Positions 48,021 through 60,376 of a stretch of 64,000 bases of DNA are shown one piece after another. The stretch's first letter is position 1, and every line of letters starts with the position of its first letter. The position numbers and the translations under genes were made by a program. Under the pieces are notes generated by a model. It did not search any database and was not told the DNA's origin. It saw only the letters and a list, made by a program, of their open reading frames with translations. Source of the stretch: Octopus vulgaris (lineage: Eukaryota). The stretch spans positions 59,892,001-59,956,000 of the forward strand of contig OX597833.1 of NCBI GenBank assembly GCA_951406725.2, in the 5' to 3' direction.

Positions 48021-48714
48021 TTTGTATAATTTATCATTTAGGATTAGTTACACTTTGGCTGATATATATTCTGTAACCCTATTTGATGTATGTACAAATA
48101 TATGTTGTACGATTAACCCTCGTTGAGATAAACGCTTGTGTGTGTATATAACGGAGGGTTAATCTTGTGAGAAATATTGTTGGTTCACAAACATTCTTCT
48201 GTTTATGAGACAATTACAAAATACCATAGTAATTAATTAATTACTTGTATATAATAACATATATTTAGCATTGCTCTACAATAATTGGTGTGGAGCTGGT
48301 GGTAGTTATATAGCCCTGAGAGAGCGATAGAGACTTAACTAGTTTTGATCTGGTTAGGTGTCAATCAGTCCATTGCTGTTATCATGGGAACGGTAATGTT
48401 TAGTCTCTTTCCTCTGTTATACACCACCTCAGGTTTTCAAATTGTGGTTCAATTTTCACATTGACAAATAAATTTACTTTTATGTGGGGTATAAAAAATA
48501 CAGAAAACTAAGGGGAGAATGCACATAGTTCATTTAACACGACCACTGTTTCTAGGAACTTGGAATTACATAATTGTTGTAATGTTCTTAATTAGCAGAT
48601 GTAATATGCAAAAAGTTATGGATATGCATAGAGCCATAATACTGGTTTCCTTCTTTGGGAGGAGAAAGTAGCAGATAGCCTAAACATACATACATACATG
48701 CACACATACATACA

Positions 48715-49120
48715 TCACCATCCAAGCGTGGTCGCTGCCAGAGCAGCTGACTGGGTTCCGTGCCAGTGACATGCAAAAAGCACCATTCAAACGTGATCGT
48801 TATTAGTGTCGCCTTACTGGCACGTGAAAAACATTCGAGTGAAGTAGTTACCAGTGCCACTGGATTGGTTCCTGTGCAGGTGGCGCGTAAAAAACACCAC
48901 CTGAGCGTGGCCGTTGCCTGTGCTGCCTAATTGGCCCTCGTGCCGGTGGCATGTAAAAGCACCCACTACACTCTCGGAGTGGTTGGCATTAGGAAGGGCA
49001 TCCAGCTGTAGAAACTTTGCCAGATCAGATTGGAGCCCAGTGCAGCCATCTGGTTCGCTAGTCCTCAGTCAAATCGCCCAACCCATGCTAGCATGGAAAG
49101 CGGACGTTAAATGATGATGA
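48715..49120 (+). mobile_element. Family D copy with several internal modules
   Basis: gtgccggtggcatgtaaaagcacc; ttaggaagggcatccagctgtagaaac; ggacgttaaatgatgatg. Confidence 0.85.
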
Positions 49121-49140
49121 AGACAATGATATATATATAT

Positions 49141-49420
49141 AGCACATAGCTCAGTGGTTAGAGCATCGTGCTCACAATCATGAGGTAGTGAGTTCAATTC
49201 CTGCACTAGACTATGTGTTGTGTTCTTGAGCAAGATACTTTATTTCATGTTGCTCCAACTCACTCAGCTGTAGAAATGAGTTACGTCACTAGTGCCAAGC
49301 TGTATCGGCCTTTGCCTTTCTCTTGGATGACATTGCTGGCATGGAGAAGGGAGGCTGGTATGCATGGGGAACTTCTGGTCTTCCATAAACAACCTTACCC
49401 AGGCTTGTTCATCAGAGGTG
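49141..49420 (+). mobile_element. tRNA-headed CORE-like SINE
   Basis: A box tagctcagtgg, B box gagttcaattcc, cttgagcaagatacttt; 3' part also matches window positions 1-45. Confidence 0.7.
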
Positions 49421-49455
49421 CTTCATTACCGAAGGGGTCTTTACACTTTGATATG

Positions 49456-49490
<35 letters not shown>

Positions 49491-49549
49491 TTCGTTTTTG
49501 GATTGCAAGATTCTTTATATGAGTTTGTGTGTTGAAGCATATTCTGTTG

Positions 49550-49772
49550 TGTCTGGGGAGAGTCATTTTCTTTTTGTGCCTCATAATGTAACACACTCAC
49601 CGATAAATTTCCACTTATTTCTTACTTTTATTTTCCTAAAATTTTTGTTGCATCACGGTTGCAAGACCCAACGAAAATTTTAGGAAAATAAAAATAAGAA
49701 AAAATAGTGGAAATTTTACCGGTGAGTGTGTTACATTGTAAAGCACAAAAAGAAAATGACTTTCCCCAGACA
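49550..49772. repeat. Imperfect inverted repeat with arms of about 100 bp
   Basis: tgtctgggga..gtcattttctttttgtgc..cacactcaccg vs cggtgagtgtg..gcacaaaaagaaaatgac..tccccagaca. Confidence 0.92.
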
Positions 49773-49832
49773 AATAGTATATATATGTGTGTGTGTGTCT
49801 ATATATGTGCATGTGTGTATATATATATATAT

Positions 49833-50023
49833 GTGTACCGTTGGCGATTTTTTTCCTCCGTCTTCCCTTCTTTGGATCTTTCCTTCTCCTATGTTTCCAA
49901 CGAAGAGCTCCGCTCGAAACGTTAAACCCTGCTTGTTTCTTTCCTTCCTTCCTGAGTGTCCAATATTGTTCCACATCCTCGCGTTGTTGTGTTTTTTTTT
50001 GTGCTTTCTTGTTTGGATTAACT
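49833..50023 (+). mobile_element. Family H copy with mutated hammerhead core (CCAACGA)
   Basis: Matches the copies at 15374 and 35663. Confidence 0.7.
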
Positions 50024-50054
50024 ATATATATGTGTGTGTGTGTGTGTGTATATA

Positions 50055-50183
50055 TCATCATCATCATCATCATCATCATCATCGTTTAACGTCCGCTTTC
50101 CATGCTAGCATGGGTTGGACGGTTCAACTGGGGTCTGGCAAGCCCGAAGGCTGCACCAGGCCAGTCAGATATGGCAGTGTTTC
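50055..50183 (-). mobile_element. 5'-truncated family D copy
   Basis: (CAT)n, then cgtttaacgtccgctttccatgctagc. Confidence 0.85.
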
Positions 50184-50501
50184 ATATATATATATATATA
50201 TATGTTTCTGTGTGTGTGTGTGTGTATATATGTTTCTCTGCACCTGACAGCCAGTGTTGTATTGAATCACTGTTTACATGTGTGTAACAGTGGTACAGGC
50301 ATAGGGGGCCGATAGAGTAAATACCAAGCATTAAGTAAGCCCTGGGGTTGACATGATCAACTGAAACCCCCTCAAGGTGGTCCCTCAGCATGGCCATAAT
50401 CTAGTGCCTGAAACAAGTAAAATATGTGTGTACATATATATATATGGTGGTGCCCCAGCATGGCCACAGCTTGTGAGCTGAAACTAGATAAAGAAAAAAA
50501 A

Positions 50502-50535
<34 letters not shown>

Positions 50536-50574
50536 ATCTATCTCTCTCTATATATATATGCGTGTGTGTGTGTA

Positions 50575-50609
<35 letters not shown>

Positions 50610-51196
50610 GTGTGTGTGTATCTTTATATAAAGCATACATACATGTATGTGTGTTTGTGTGTGTGTGTGCCTGTGTGTGTGTGTGTGTGTCTGCACCACG
50701 ACTACTATTCACTCCTTCCTCCAGTGCTTTAATCAATGTCACATGTTTCACAAGTCTATTTTAAAAATGGCCTAATATTTTCCATGTGTGAAATGATGGA
50801 AAATGTCAACAGTTTGGGTTGAAGTAGTCAGTGGTAGTGTTGTTGTTAGTGGTGATGCTGGTTGTGGACGTGGTGTTAGTAAAGGTTAGATTGTGGGAGG
50901 TTGCCTAGTACCCCCTCATACTACAACCACCACCACTACTACTACTACTACTCCTACCACCACCACCACTACCCTAGTCTCTGTACCATTATGTGGTGAT
51001 GGTTGCGTGTAACATTGTCATTACCATAGTTACTGTTACCACTGCTATAACTGTGACAACCACCACAGTCAAAATTATGTATCTATATATATATAACTGT
51101 GTGTATATGCATGTTTGTATATGTGTTTACCGCAAACTTTAATTTGTATGTTTGTGTGCTTGCATGTACATATGTTAGTGTGTGTATATATATATA

Positions 51197-51568
51197 GGCG
51201 TTGGAGTGGCTGTGTAGTAAGTAGCTTGCTTACCAACTACATGGTTACTGGTTCAGTCCCACTGTGTGGCACCATGGGCATGTGTCTTCTGCTATAGCCT
51301 CAGGCAGACCAAAGCCTTGTGAGTGGATTTGGTAGATGGAAACTGAAAGAAACCCGACGTGTATATATATATATATATGTTTGTTCCCCCAACATAGCTT
51401 GACAACCAATGCTGGTGTGTTTACGTCACTGTAACTTAGCGGTTCGGCAAAAGAGAACAATAGAATAAGTACTAGGCTTACAAAGAGTAAGTCCTGGGAT
51501 CGAATTGCTCAACTAAAGGCAGTGCTCCAGCATGGCCACAGTCAAATGACTGAAACAAGTAAAAGAGT
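51197..51568 (+). mobile_element. Family A SINE
   Basis: Head-to-tail match with family A. Confidence 0.88.
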
Positions 51569-51959
51569 ATATATATATGTATACTAACATATATCAGTGT
51601 ATATATATATATCCATTTATATGTTATTTGGTGTGTATGTGTTTGTGAATGTATGTTAGTATATAGGTTTGTGTGTGTGTGTGAATCTAGTTCTCAGATC
51701 AATGAACTATTTTACATGAATGTCACACCTGTTGAAAGTATTTGATCTTTACAGGTGTGATGATGGGAGGTCGGAGGCCAGTGACCTATTAACTAGTGAC
51801 TAACCATCATTACCCTTTAATATATCTTATTTAACACATGTACTGACCACTTGACTCTATAAACTGCACCACAGCTCTGCATAACATCCACTGAAATGGG
51901 TGGGACAGTTTGCCTGTTATGTCCACTAAAGTGTATGGGATTGTCTGGTATGTCCACTA

Positions 51960-52668
51960 ATTATCTTATTCATCCAGGCGTTTGCACTGAATCCCGTGAC
52001 CTTCTGTCATCATTCATTTTTATTGCTCATTATTTTCGGCTGGTCAGAAGGATTGCAGTTTATGTCATCACAAATCTGCCTGATGAAGGAGAGGGGCTTT
52101 CTCCGTCCAGGTTGCGGATCCGTGGAATAAGCTGCCGGACGAGATAGTGAAGATGCCGACGACCGCTCGGTTCAAAGTCTCTCTTGACCAGAAATGGCCT
52201 GAACTCTTTGCATGAACACCCTCCCTGTACATAACTCCATGTCCCCCTACATGGCCTTGCTTTTTGCTTTTTGAGCCAAAAAATTAACTTAACTTAATAT
52301 AGGTCGTGGTTTGTCATCCTCTACTAACTCTTCCTTGTGTAGGCTCTCACAAAAGAACTTCACTAATTTCGTCTTTAGCTCTCCAGCGATGTCCTGTGAA
52401 TCTGACTCTACACTCTTTGATAATGTCTGCTACTGGATGAATGTTCTTATACAATCACTCATTACTCTTTTACTTCTTTCAGTCATCTGACCGTGGCCAT
52501 GCTGGAGCACCGCCTTTTAATCGAGCAACTCGACCCCTGGACTTATTCTTTTTGTAAGCCCAGTACTTATTCTATCGGTCTCTTTTGCCGAACTGCTAAG
52601 TAACGGGGACATAAACACACCAGCATCGGTTGTCAAGCAATGCTAGGGGGACAAACACAGACACACAA

Positions 52669-52713
<45 letters not shown>

Positions 52714-52965
52714 TACGGCGGGCTTCTTTCAGTTTCCGTCTACCAAATCCACTCACAAGGCTTTGGTTGGCCCGAGGCTATAGTAGAAGACACTTGCCCA
52801 AGGTGCCACGCATTGGGACTGAACCCAGAACCATGTGGCTGGTAAACAAGCTACTTACCACACAGCCACTCCTGCGCCTAGATCTCTCTCCGGGTGACAT
52901 TCAAAACCACTCTTAGCATGCGAGTGTGGCCTCCATCCAATCTTCTTTACAATTTTGAGGTAAGA
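51960..52965 (-). mobile_element. RTE LINE 3' fossil interrupted by CR1 (52086-52297, plus strand) and family A (52463-52880, minus strand)
   Basis: LTSKL*RRLDGGHTRMLRVVLNV | LYKNIHPVADIIKECRVRFTGHRWRAKDEISEVLL*EPTQGR..TYI | QICDDINC. Confidence 0.8.
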
Positions 52966-53025
52966 ACAGAGGCAGCAGTTGCTTGGAAGAGACTCCTCTT
53001 CATGTTGTCTAGAAGCCTAGATTTT

Positions 53026-53100
53026 CAAGCAGAAACCCTTCTCCATAGTCTTGAGCATTCAGTCAGAGCTATCAGCCTGCATGTTAACTCAGACAAAACA
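53026..53100 (+). mobile_element. Inverted RTE RT fragment
   Basis: QAETLLHSLEHSVRAISLHVNSDKT (post-YADD GL.VN..KT motif). Confidence 0.75.
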
Positions 53101-53199
53101 ATACATAAATCAAAATAGAGCAATCAAAAACAGTATCTGGCAACCCCCCAACTGTAATGGACTAGCTCGCTCCTACCAAATTTAAGGTCTTGTACCTAT

Positions 53200-53530
53200 A
53201 GTAGAAATGATCGGCCAGTATAAATGGACCAATTCTGGGGTTTCACCTGTAATTGAAAAAGGTATTATAAAAGGAGAAAGGGGCTCTCTATCCCCTTTTG
53301 ACCAGGCTCCCGTGGTTTTTATGGGTTTTTCCACGTGAGACCTTTTCTTTTTTTGAAGCGTCCCCTCTATTGGGAGTTTTTCGTTGTTAAAATTTTTGAT
53401 TGTTGAACTGCTTTTTACTCTTTTTTTTTTTTTTTCACAAACGGACAAAACCTTTTGTAACCTTTCGTCCTGTTTTGTCCCTTTATGTTTTCCAATCATA
53501 TTTGTCAGCCCTTGTGACCAATAAAAAGAA
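53200..53530 (+). mobile_element. LINE 3' end and UTR (probably L1/Tx1-like)
   Basis: ORF-end-like ASINGPILGFHL*; T-rich UTR ending gcccttgtgaccaataaaaagaa; similar ending at 55000-55022. Confidence 0.5.
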
Positions 53531-53570
53531 TTAATTATTATCATCATCATCATCATCATTATTATTATTA

Positions 53571-53870
53571 TGGCAACAAGCTGGCAGAATTGTTAGCATG
53601 CTGGACAAAATGCTTAGCAGTATTTTGCCTTTTCTGAGTTCAAATTCAACTGAGGTCAACTTGATTTTTTCATCCTTTCAGGGGTCAATAAATTAAGCAC
53701 CAGTGAAACACTAGGGTCAGTGGTAATCGACTATCTCCCTCCCCACAAATTCCAGGCCTTGTGCCAAAATTTGAAATCACCATCATCATCATATTATTAT
53801 TATTATTATTATTATTAGACTAACCCCTCCCCTCAAATTTGTTGGCCTTGTGCCTGAATTAGAAAGACTA
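53571..53870 (+). mobile_element. Older family B SINE plus tail fragment
   Basis: agctggcagaattgttagc..ttctgagttcaaattc. Confidence 0.8.
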
Positions 53871-54374
53871 TCATTATTTATATAGCTCAACTAGTGAAAA
53901 AAAAGCCTAATAGTTTTTATTCTTTGTTTACTATTTCCTCATTGGTTCCCAAGCACTATTCTCTGACAAGGAAATATAATGTAGAGCCTGTGTTCTCTCC
54001 TGCATTTTCGTCTGCTTTTCCTTTCTCTTTTTTTCTATTAAAAAATTTTTTTTTTTTTTTTTGGTTGCCTCTCACTAAATTGGTCAAATGTTTGCACTAT
54101 TCAGTTCCATCTATTTACATCAAGAATTCAAATCTTGCCAAAATTGACTTTGTCTGTCATTTAGCCAGAGTTGAACAATTAAACTTGCTGCACTCACTTT
54201 AATTGGTTGTTACCCTCTTCTTCTTCTTTGACTATATCATTACTATTATTATTATTATTATTATTCCACGGGTCTTGCTGGTTATTATTATTGAGACTGG
54301 CAAGTCTGGTGAGGCTGAATGGATCTACTCTGACTGTGTTTTTCTGAATAGGAGGAAAGAACCTGAAAGACTGA

Positions 54375-54780
54375 GAAAGGCTGAGGACGCTCGACCTTTA
54401 TTCTCTTGAAAAACGCCGCCGCCGTGGTGATCTCATTCTCGCCCACAACATCATAAGCGGAAAGTGTAACCTCTCGAAAGAGCTGTTCTTCACTCCTGCT
54501 CCAGAGCGTCGGCTGCGGGGTCATTCCGAAAAGCTCTACCTGCGACGATTTCATCTCAATCGAAGGAGAGGAGCTTTCTCCGTCCGGGTTGCGGATCCAT
54601 GGAACAAGCTGCCAGACGAGATGGTGAAGATGCCGACGACCGCTTTGTTCAAAGCCTCCCTTGACCTCAAGTGGCCTGAACTCTTTACATGAACACCACC
54701 CTGTACTTAACTCCATGTCCCCCTACATGGCCTTGCTATTTGCTTTTGAGCCAAATTAACTAACTAACTAACTAACTAAC
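54375..54780 (+). mobile_element. CR1 LINE, 5'-truncated, with an intact 105-aa ORF2 C-terminus (54375-54692)
   Basis: ERLRTLDLYSLEKRRRRGDLILAHNII..RLRGHSEKL..RRGAFSVRVADPWNKLP..FKASLD; (TAAC)n tail. Confidence 0.93.
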
Positions 54781-55042
54781 TGTCCTTCCCATGCTGTTTG
54801 TCTGGAGTTTACACCGAATTACCCCAAGTGGGCTACTCTGCTACTGAGAATTTTGTTTATTAATTAATAATTATTATATATTTTTCTAATTTCTATTTAT
54901 TTATCACTTTGTTATATCCTTTATCATTGTACAGTGTTTCCCCTTGGTCTATGTTTTGTGTGTCGTGTCTTGTCCTTTGACATTGTCCTCCATGTCTTGA
55001 GCCCTTGTGGCCAATAAAAGAATCTTTATTATCGTTGTTGTT

Positions 55043-55922
55043 AAGGCGGTGAGCTGGCACAAATGTTAGCACGCTGGGCGAAATGCGTAGCTGTATTTCG
55101 TCTGCTGCTACGTTCTGAGTTCAAATTCCACCGAGGTCGACTTTGCCTTTCATCCTTTCGGGGTCGATAAATTAAGTACCAGTTACGCACTAGGGTCGAT
55201 GTAATCGACTTAATCCCTTTGTATGTCCTTGTTTGTCCCCTCTATGTTTAGCCCCTTGTGGGCAATAAAGAAATAAGAATCGTTAGCACGCTGGACAAAA
55301 TGCTTAGCAGTATTTTCCCGATGCTATGTTCTGAGTTCAAATTCCACCATGGTCGACTTTGCTTTTCATCCTTTTGGGGTCAGAAAATTAAGTACCAGTG
55401 CAACACTGGGATCAATGTAATCAACTATACTCCTCCCCCAAATTTCTGGCCTTGTGCCTACAGTAGAAAGGATTTTTATTACTATTGTTGTTGTTATTAT
55501 TATTATTATTATAAGGTGAGCTGGCAGAATTGTTAGCATGCCAGACAAAATGCTTAGTGGTATTTTGCCCATCGCTGCATTTCGGGGTCGATAAATTAAG
55601 TACCAGTTGAGTACTGGGGTCGCTCTAATTGACTTAACCCCTCCCCCAAATTTTCAGGCCTTGTACTTTTAATAGAAAGGATTATTATTATTATTATTAT
55701 TATTATTAAAGGTGGTGAGCTGGCAAAATTGTTAGCATGCAGGGCAAAATGCTTAGTGGCATTTCATCTGTCTCTATGTTCTGAGTTCGAATTCCACCAA
55801 AGTCAGCTTTGCCTTTCATCCTTTCAGGGTTGATGAATTAAGTGCCAGTTGAGTACTGGGGTTGATGTAATCGACTTAACCCCTTTCCCTAAATTTGAGG
55901 CCTTGTGCATGCAGTGGAAAGG
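55043..55922 (+). mobile_element. Head-to-tail array of four family B SINE units
   Basis: Heads near 55043, 55276, 55514 and 55710, separated by (ATT)n or directly fused. Confidence 0.88.
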
Positions 55923-56410
55923 ATTATTATTATTATTATTGCCATCAAGCGGGGTAATAGAAAATTTTTAACCAGGTTTCTAATCCTCACTAAGTCCGGT
56001 TAACCCTTTGCTGATAATTAATGTGGTTTATAGAAATCACTTGTACTAGTTTTCCTTTCTGATCAACAAGTGGTGTCTTTGATAAGACATGAACATTACC
56101 ACATCTCTCAGTGTAGCACCCAGCATTCTGCAAACAGAAAAATAAAATAAATCAATGCAGTCAGTTGCTTAAATACATCATCTGCATTACAAAGCAATAG
56201 TTAAGTCAGTGTTAGCAAGTTTAATGAGAATTAAATACCAAATTAGATATAATTATATGGGGAAAGAAAAACATTAACTTGATATTATCTTAATCTGATT
56301 TTAGCAAGTATGGGAAATTACTCTGGCAGTGTTTTAGTCTTATGACACTCCTTCAGCAAAACAAACTTCACTAGATTTGCTAAGGATGAATCAGTAAATA
56401 GATGTTGCCC

Positions 56411-56445
<35 letters not shown>

Positions 56446-57054
56446 TAACTTTAGAAGATGACATGTGAGGAATGTTTGGTGGAGAAGACTAAGTGTGGTG
56501 GCAGGACCCAGCATGTGTAGGCATAAATAAAACGTTCTTAGGACCTTATTTACTCTGTAACCAACAAACTTAGCTGTGTTCCTCACATAGCTATTGTTTT
56601 TCAAGAATCCGTTTAATTAACTAAATTCGTTGCTTTAAATAAGCTAATATTCAACATCTTAATTCTCTACAATAATTGTATGCACTTCGACACTCTGCCA
56701 TCAATTCTTCAATAAGGACAATGACATGTTTCACTACGGAGGTTTAATAAAACTGAAATATGTCCCCAGTTGTCTCCCCTGTCTGATGAAATGATTAAAG
56801 TAACACTTGTCATTTAGCTAATGTCTTTTTCACTGCATAATTAATTCTAATAACTTTTACCATTTACTCACTACATTATGTTAACACTAATGAAATACTA
56901 GTCCAGATTAGCAGAGTTATTGGAGAATTAATTGGATAAAATGATTTTTCAATGTTATCTTTTATCTTTTACTTGTTCTGGTCATTCAAGTGTGGCTATG
57001 CTAGGGCACCACTGTGAAGAATTTTAGTCAAATGAACCAAGCCCAGTACTTTGG

Positions 57055-57260
57055 TGTGGATGCTGGTGCCACGTACAAAGCACCAGTGATGACACCATGG
57101 AAAAGCACCCAGTACAGTCTGTAAAGGAAGGGCATCCAGCTGTAGAGACCAAGTCAAAACGGGCTATGGAATCTGGTGTGACCCCTTGCCTTGCCAGTTC
57201 CTGTCAAACCGTCCAACCCATGCCAGCATGGAAAATGGACATTAATCAATGATGATGATG
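57055..57260 (+). mobile_element. Old family D copy
   Basis: ggaagggcatccagctgtaga..ccaacccatgccagcatggaaaatggacatt. Confidence 0.75.
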
Positions 57261-58004
57261 ATTCTCCTTATTCTTTTATCTTGTATATTACAATGTATTC
57301 GATATGCTTTATACTATGACAAACTGAGGAGCTTTTTATTTTTTAATGACTACCACCAGATTACTTGAATCCATATATTGTGACTTCTATATATATGTGT
57401 GTGTATGTGTGTTAGACAGCCTATCTTCAATTTCTATTTATCAAATCCGCTCTCAAGGCTTTGATCAGCTCAAGGCTACGGTAGAAGCAGGCCGCCGGTA
57501 CCATGTGGTTGGGAGGCGAGCCTCTCACCACTCAGCCATGCCTGCTGCACCTATAAATACCATGTAAATGTTTAAGGAAATCCCCATGTGTCGTTTGTTG
57601 ATTTGATAGCGCAAAGAAGGAAGAATGGATAGCCACAACTAAAACAACAGATATTGATTTCGCTCGCGACTGAAAGCAAAAAAATACACACAACACACAA
57701 TCAAAACTCATTAACAATTTATAGACTGTGTCTGACTGACTGACTGACTTGCTGTCTGTCAGTCTGTCTGTCTGTGTATCTCTGTCTCTCTCTATCTCTG
57801 TGTCTCTCTTTCTCTCTTCCCCTTTTTCCTTTTTGCTTATGTAACCTAAGAAATATATCAACTACCGCCGGATCATCATCATCGTCACTACCACAACCAC
57901 CACCGTGATCATCACCGTCACCACCAACACTTTCATCACCATCACTCCCCCCCCCCCGCCGGCACCATCATTCCCCTCTCACTCTCTGCCATCACCATCA
58001 TCAC

Positions 58005-58388
58005 ACACCCACTGTCACCATTACTCCCCACTATCACCATCACTGCCCACTGTCACCATCACTCCCCACTGTCACCATCACTCCCCACTGTCACCATCAC
58101 TCTCCACTGTCACCATCACTCTCCACTGTCACCATCACTCCCCACTGTCACCATCACTCCCCACTCACCATCACTCCCCACTGTCACCATCACTCCCCAC
58201 TGTCACTATCACTCCCCACTGTCACTATCACTCCCCACTTACCATCACTCCCCAGTCACCATCACTCCCTACTGTCACCATCACTCCCTACTGTCACCAT
58301 CACCCCCATTGTCACCATCACTCCTCACTGTCACCATCACTCCCCACTGTCACCATCACTCCCAACTGTCACCATCACTCTCGCTGTC
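58005..58388. repeat. 19-bp minisatellite
   Basis: Unit cactgtcaccatcactccc. Confidence 0.95.
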
Positions 58389-58937
58389 AACACAATCACC
58401 ATCATCATTATCCTCATTGGCTTTAAGTCAACAAGGATGCTTCTATGCAATTTCTCAACTTACGAGAAATAGCAGCTAAATCTGCCTCAAATTATTTCCA
58501 GCTGTCTTACGGGAAGAGGACGAACACATTGGACAGTCATGGCTGGAATGCCTTTGATCTCGGGTTTGCTGGAGCAGGGTTGACCTGCAGCTAAACAACA
58601 GCAGCAATCATTTTTGCCTTCATTGTTCGCAATGTTTCAATTATGGTGGAATAATTGGCATTAGACTCGGGTTTGGTGATGGAGTGGCGGTGACGGTGGG
58701 AAAAATGATGGATATGACGATGATTGTGGTGGTGGTTAGGGTGGTAGTGATGAGGATGCTGATGGTGGTGATGGAGGTGGTGATATATGCAGCTATAAAT
58801 AGCCAGACTCCGGCAGTGACATGAAGATAATAAAACTACAGAAATATTGTTTAACATTTGATGTTGTTTATAAAAGAGGTGTGTGAGGGGTGGGGGATGA
58901 TAGGTGGAGTTGGAATTCACTGGAGATAACCACTTTA

Positions 58938-59520
58938 ACACACACACACACACACACACACACATACGCACGCATGCACACATATCCTAGTCACTCTCAC
59001 CCCATCTCACAAAACAGAAATCCTGGATGGACACACACAAACACACTCAGACTCTCTCACATGCACAAACACACTCACACACACACACACACACAAGCAC
59101 ACTCACACACACACACAAGCACACTCACACACACACACACACAAGCACACACACAAGCACACTCACACACAAACACACTCAGACTCTCTCACATGCACAA
59201 ACACACTCACACATGCACAAACACACTCACACACACACACACAAGCACACTCACACACTAACACACTCACACACAAACACTCTCACATGCACAACACACA
59301 CATGCACAAACACTCAGACACACACAAGCACACACACACGCACAAACACACAATCACTAACGCAATACATACAACACAAAACCGACACAATACAATCTAA
59401 CACTAACACACACACACAACAATAACACACACACACACACACACTCACTCACACACATGCTCACTTACACACACACTGTCTATCAGATATTTTGTCTGAC
59501 AAACACACACACACACTAGT
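58938..59520. repeat. Compound (CA)n-rich low-complexity tract
   Basis: Directly visible. Confidence 0.95.
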
Positions 59521-60173
59521 AAACAATGATACAATCACCCCCCACAATGGCTGCTGCTGCTGCTGTTACTTTGATATTAAAATATTTCCCCCTAAAAATA
59601 CTTTTCTATATACATTCTGTCTGCCTGCCTGCCTGCCTGTGCATCTGTTTGCCTTTAATTCTATTTCCTCTTCCTCCTGCTCCTTTATACATACATACAT
59701 TATACACCCACCCCCAAACACACATTTGTATATGTGTGTGTACATGTAATATATATAAATGCATATACACACATATATACACACACAATATATATGGCTT
59801 ACATATGTGCCTCTGGGTTTAAACGGAAAAGGAAGACATACATAAATGTTGTGTTTATCCTAGAGGCCTTATTTAAAAATTCCCCATCCACCATAACATG
59901 TCTGACCATATATGGAAGTAAAGTCCCCCACCCACCGTCTAAACATCACCCCCCCCCCCCACCGCAATCACTGCCAGTCTAGTACCAACTTTCTACAAGT
60001 TTTCTTTCTAAGTATACTTCCTTACCCCCTACTATCACTATTTCACCACATAACTATCCATATATGGAAGTGACTGTTAAAGGGTCAGTGAGGGGGGGGG
60101 GGAGGTGTCTATCCCTCAACCGGTCCCTACTTACTCCCTCAAGTAACTGGTTACCTTAGTATTACATCTTCCT

Positions 60174-60376
60174 GGCAGAATTGTTAGCGTGCTGGACAAA
60201 AGTGCCAAGTGGCATTTCGTCCATCTTTGTTCTGAGTTCAAATTCTGCTGAGGTCAACTTTGCCTTTCGTTCTTCCAGGGTTGATAAAATACAAAGCAGT
60301 TGAACATTGGGGTCAATGTAATCAACTTTTCCCCCCCTCCAAAATTGCTGACCTTGTGCCAAAATTTGATACCAAC
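60174..60376 (+). mobile_element. Older family B SINE
   Basis: 13-bp TSD ATTACATCTTCCT (60161-60173, 60377-60389). Confidence 0.85.

Noticed and set aside
48113-48162. Tiny TTAA-CCCTC...GAGGG-TTAA piggyBac-like unit
   Set aside because: Only about 8 bp of inverted match and a single copy; chance cannot be excluded
52075-52090. ctgcctgatgaag, resembling miR-745 (recalled) or a hammerhead core
   Set aside because: Formed at the RTE/CR1 junction; no hairpin and no GAAA box
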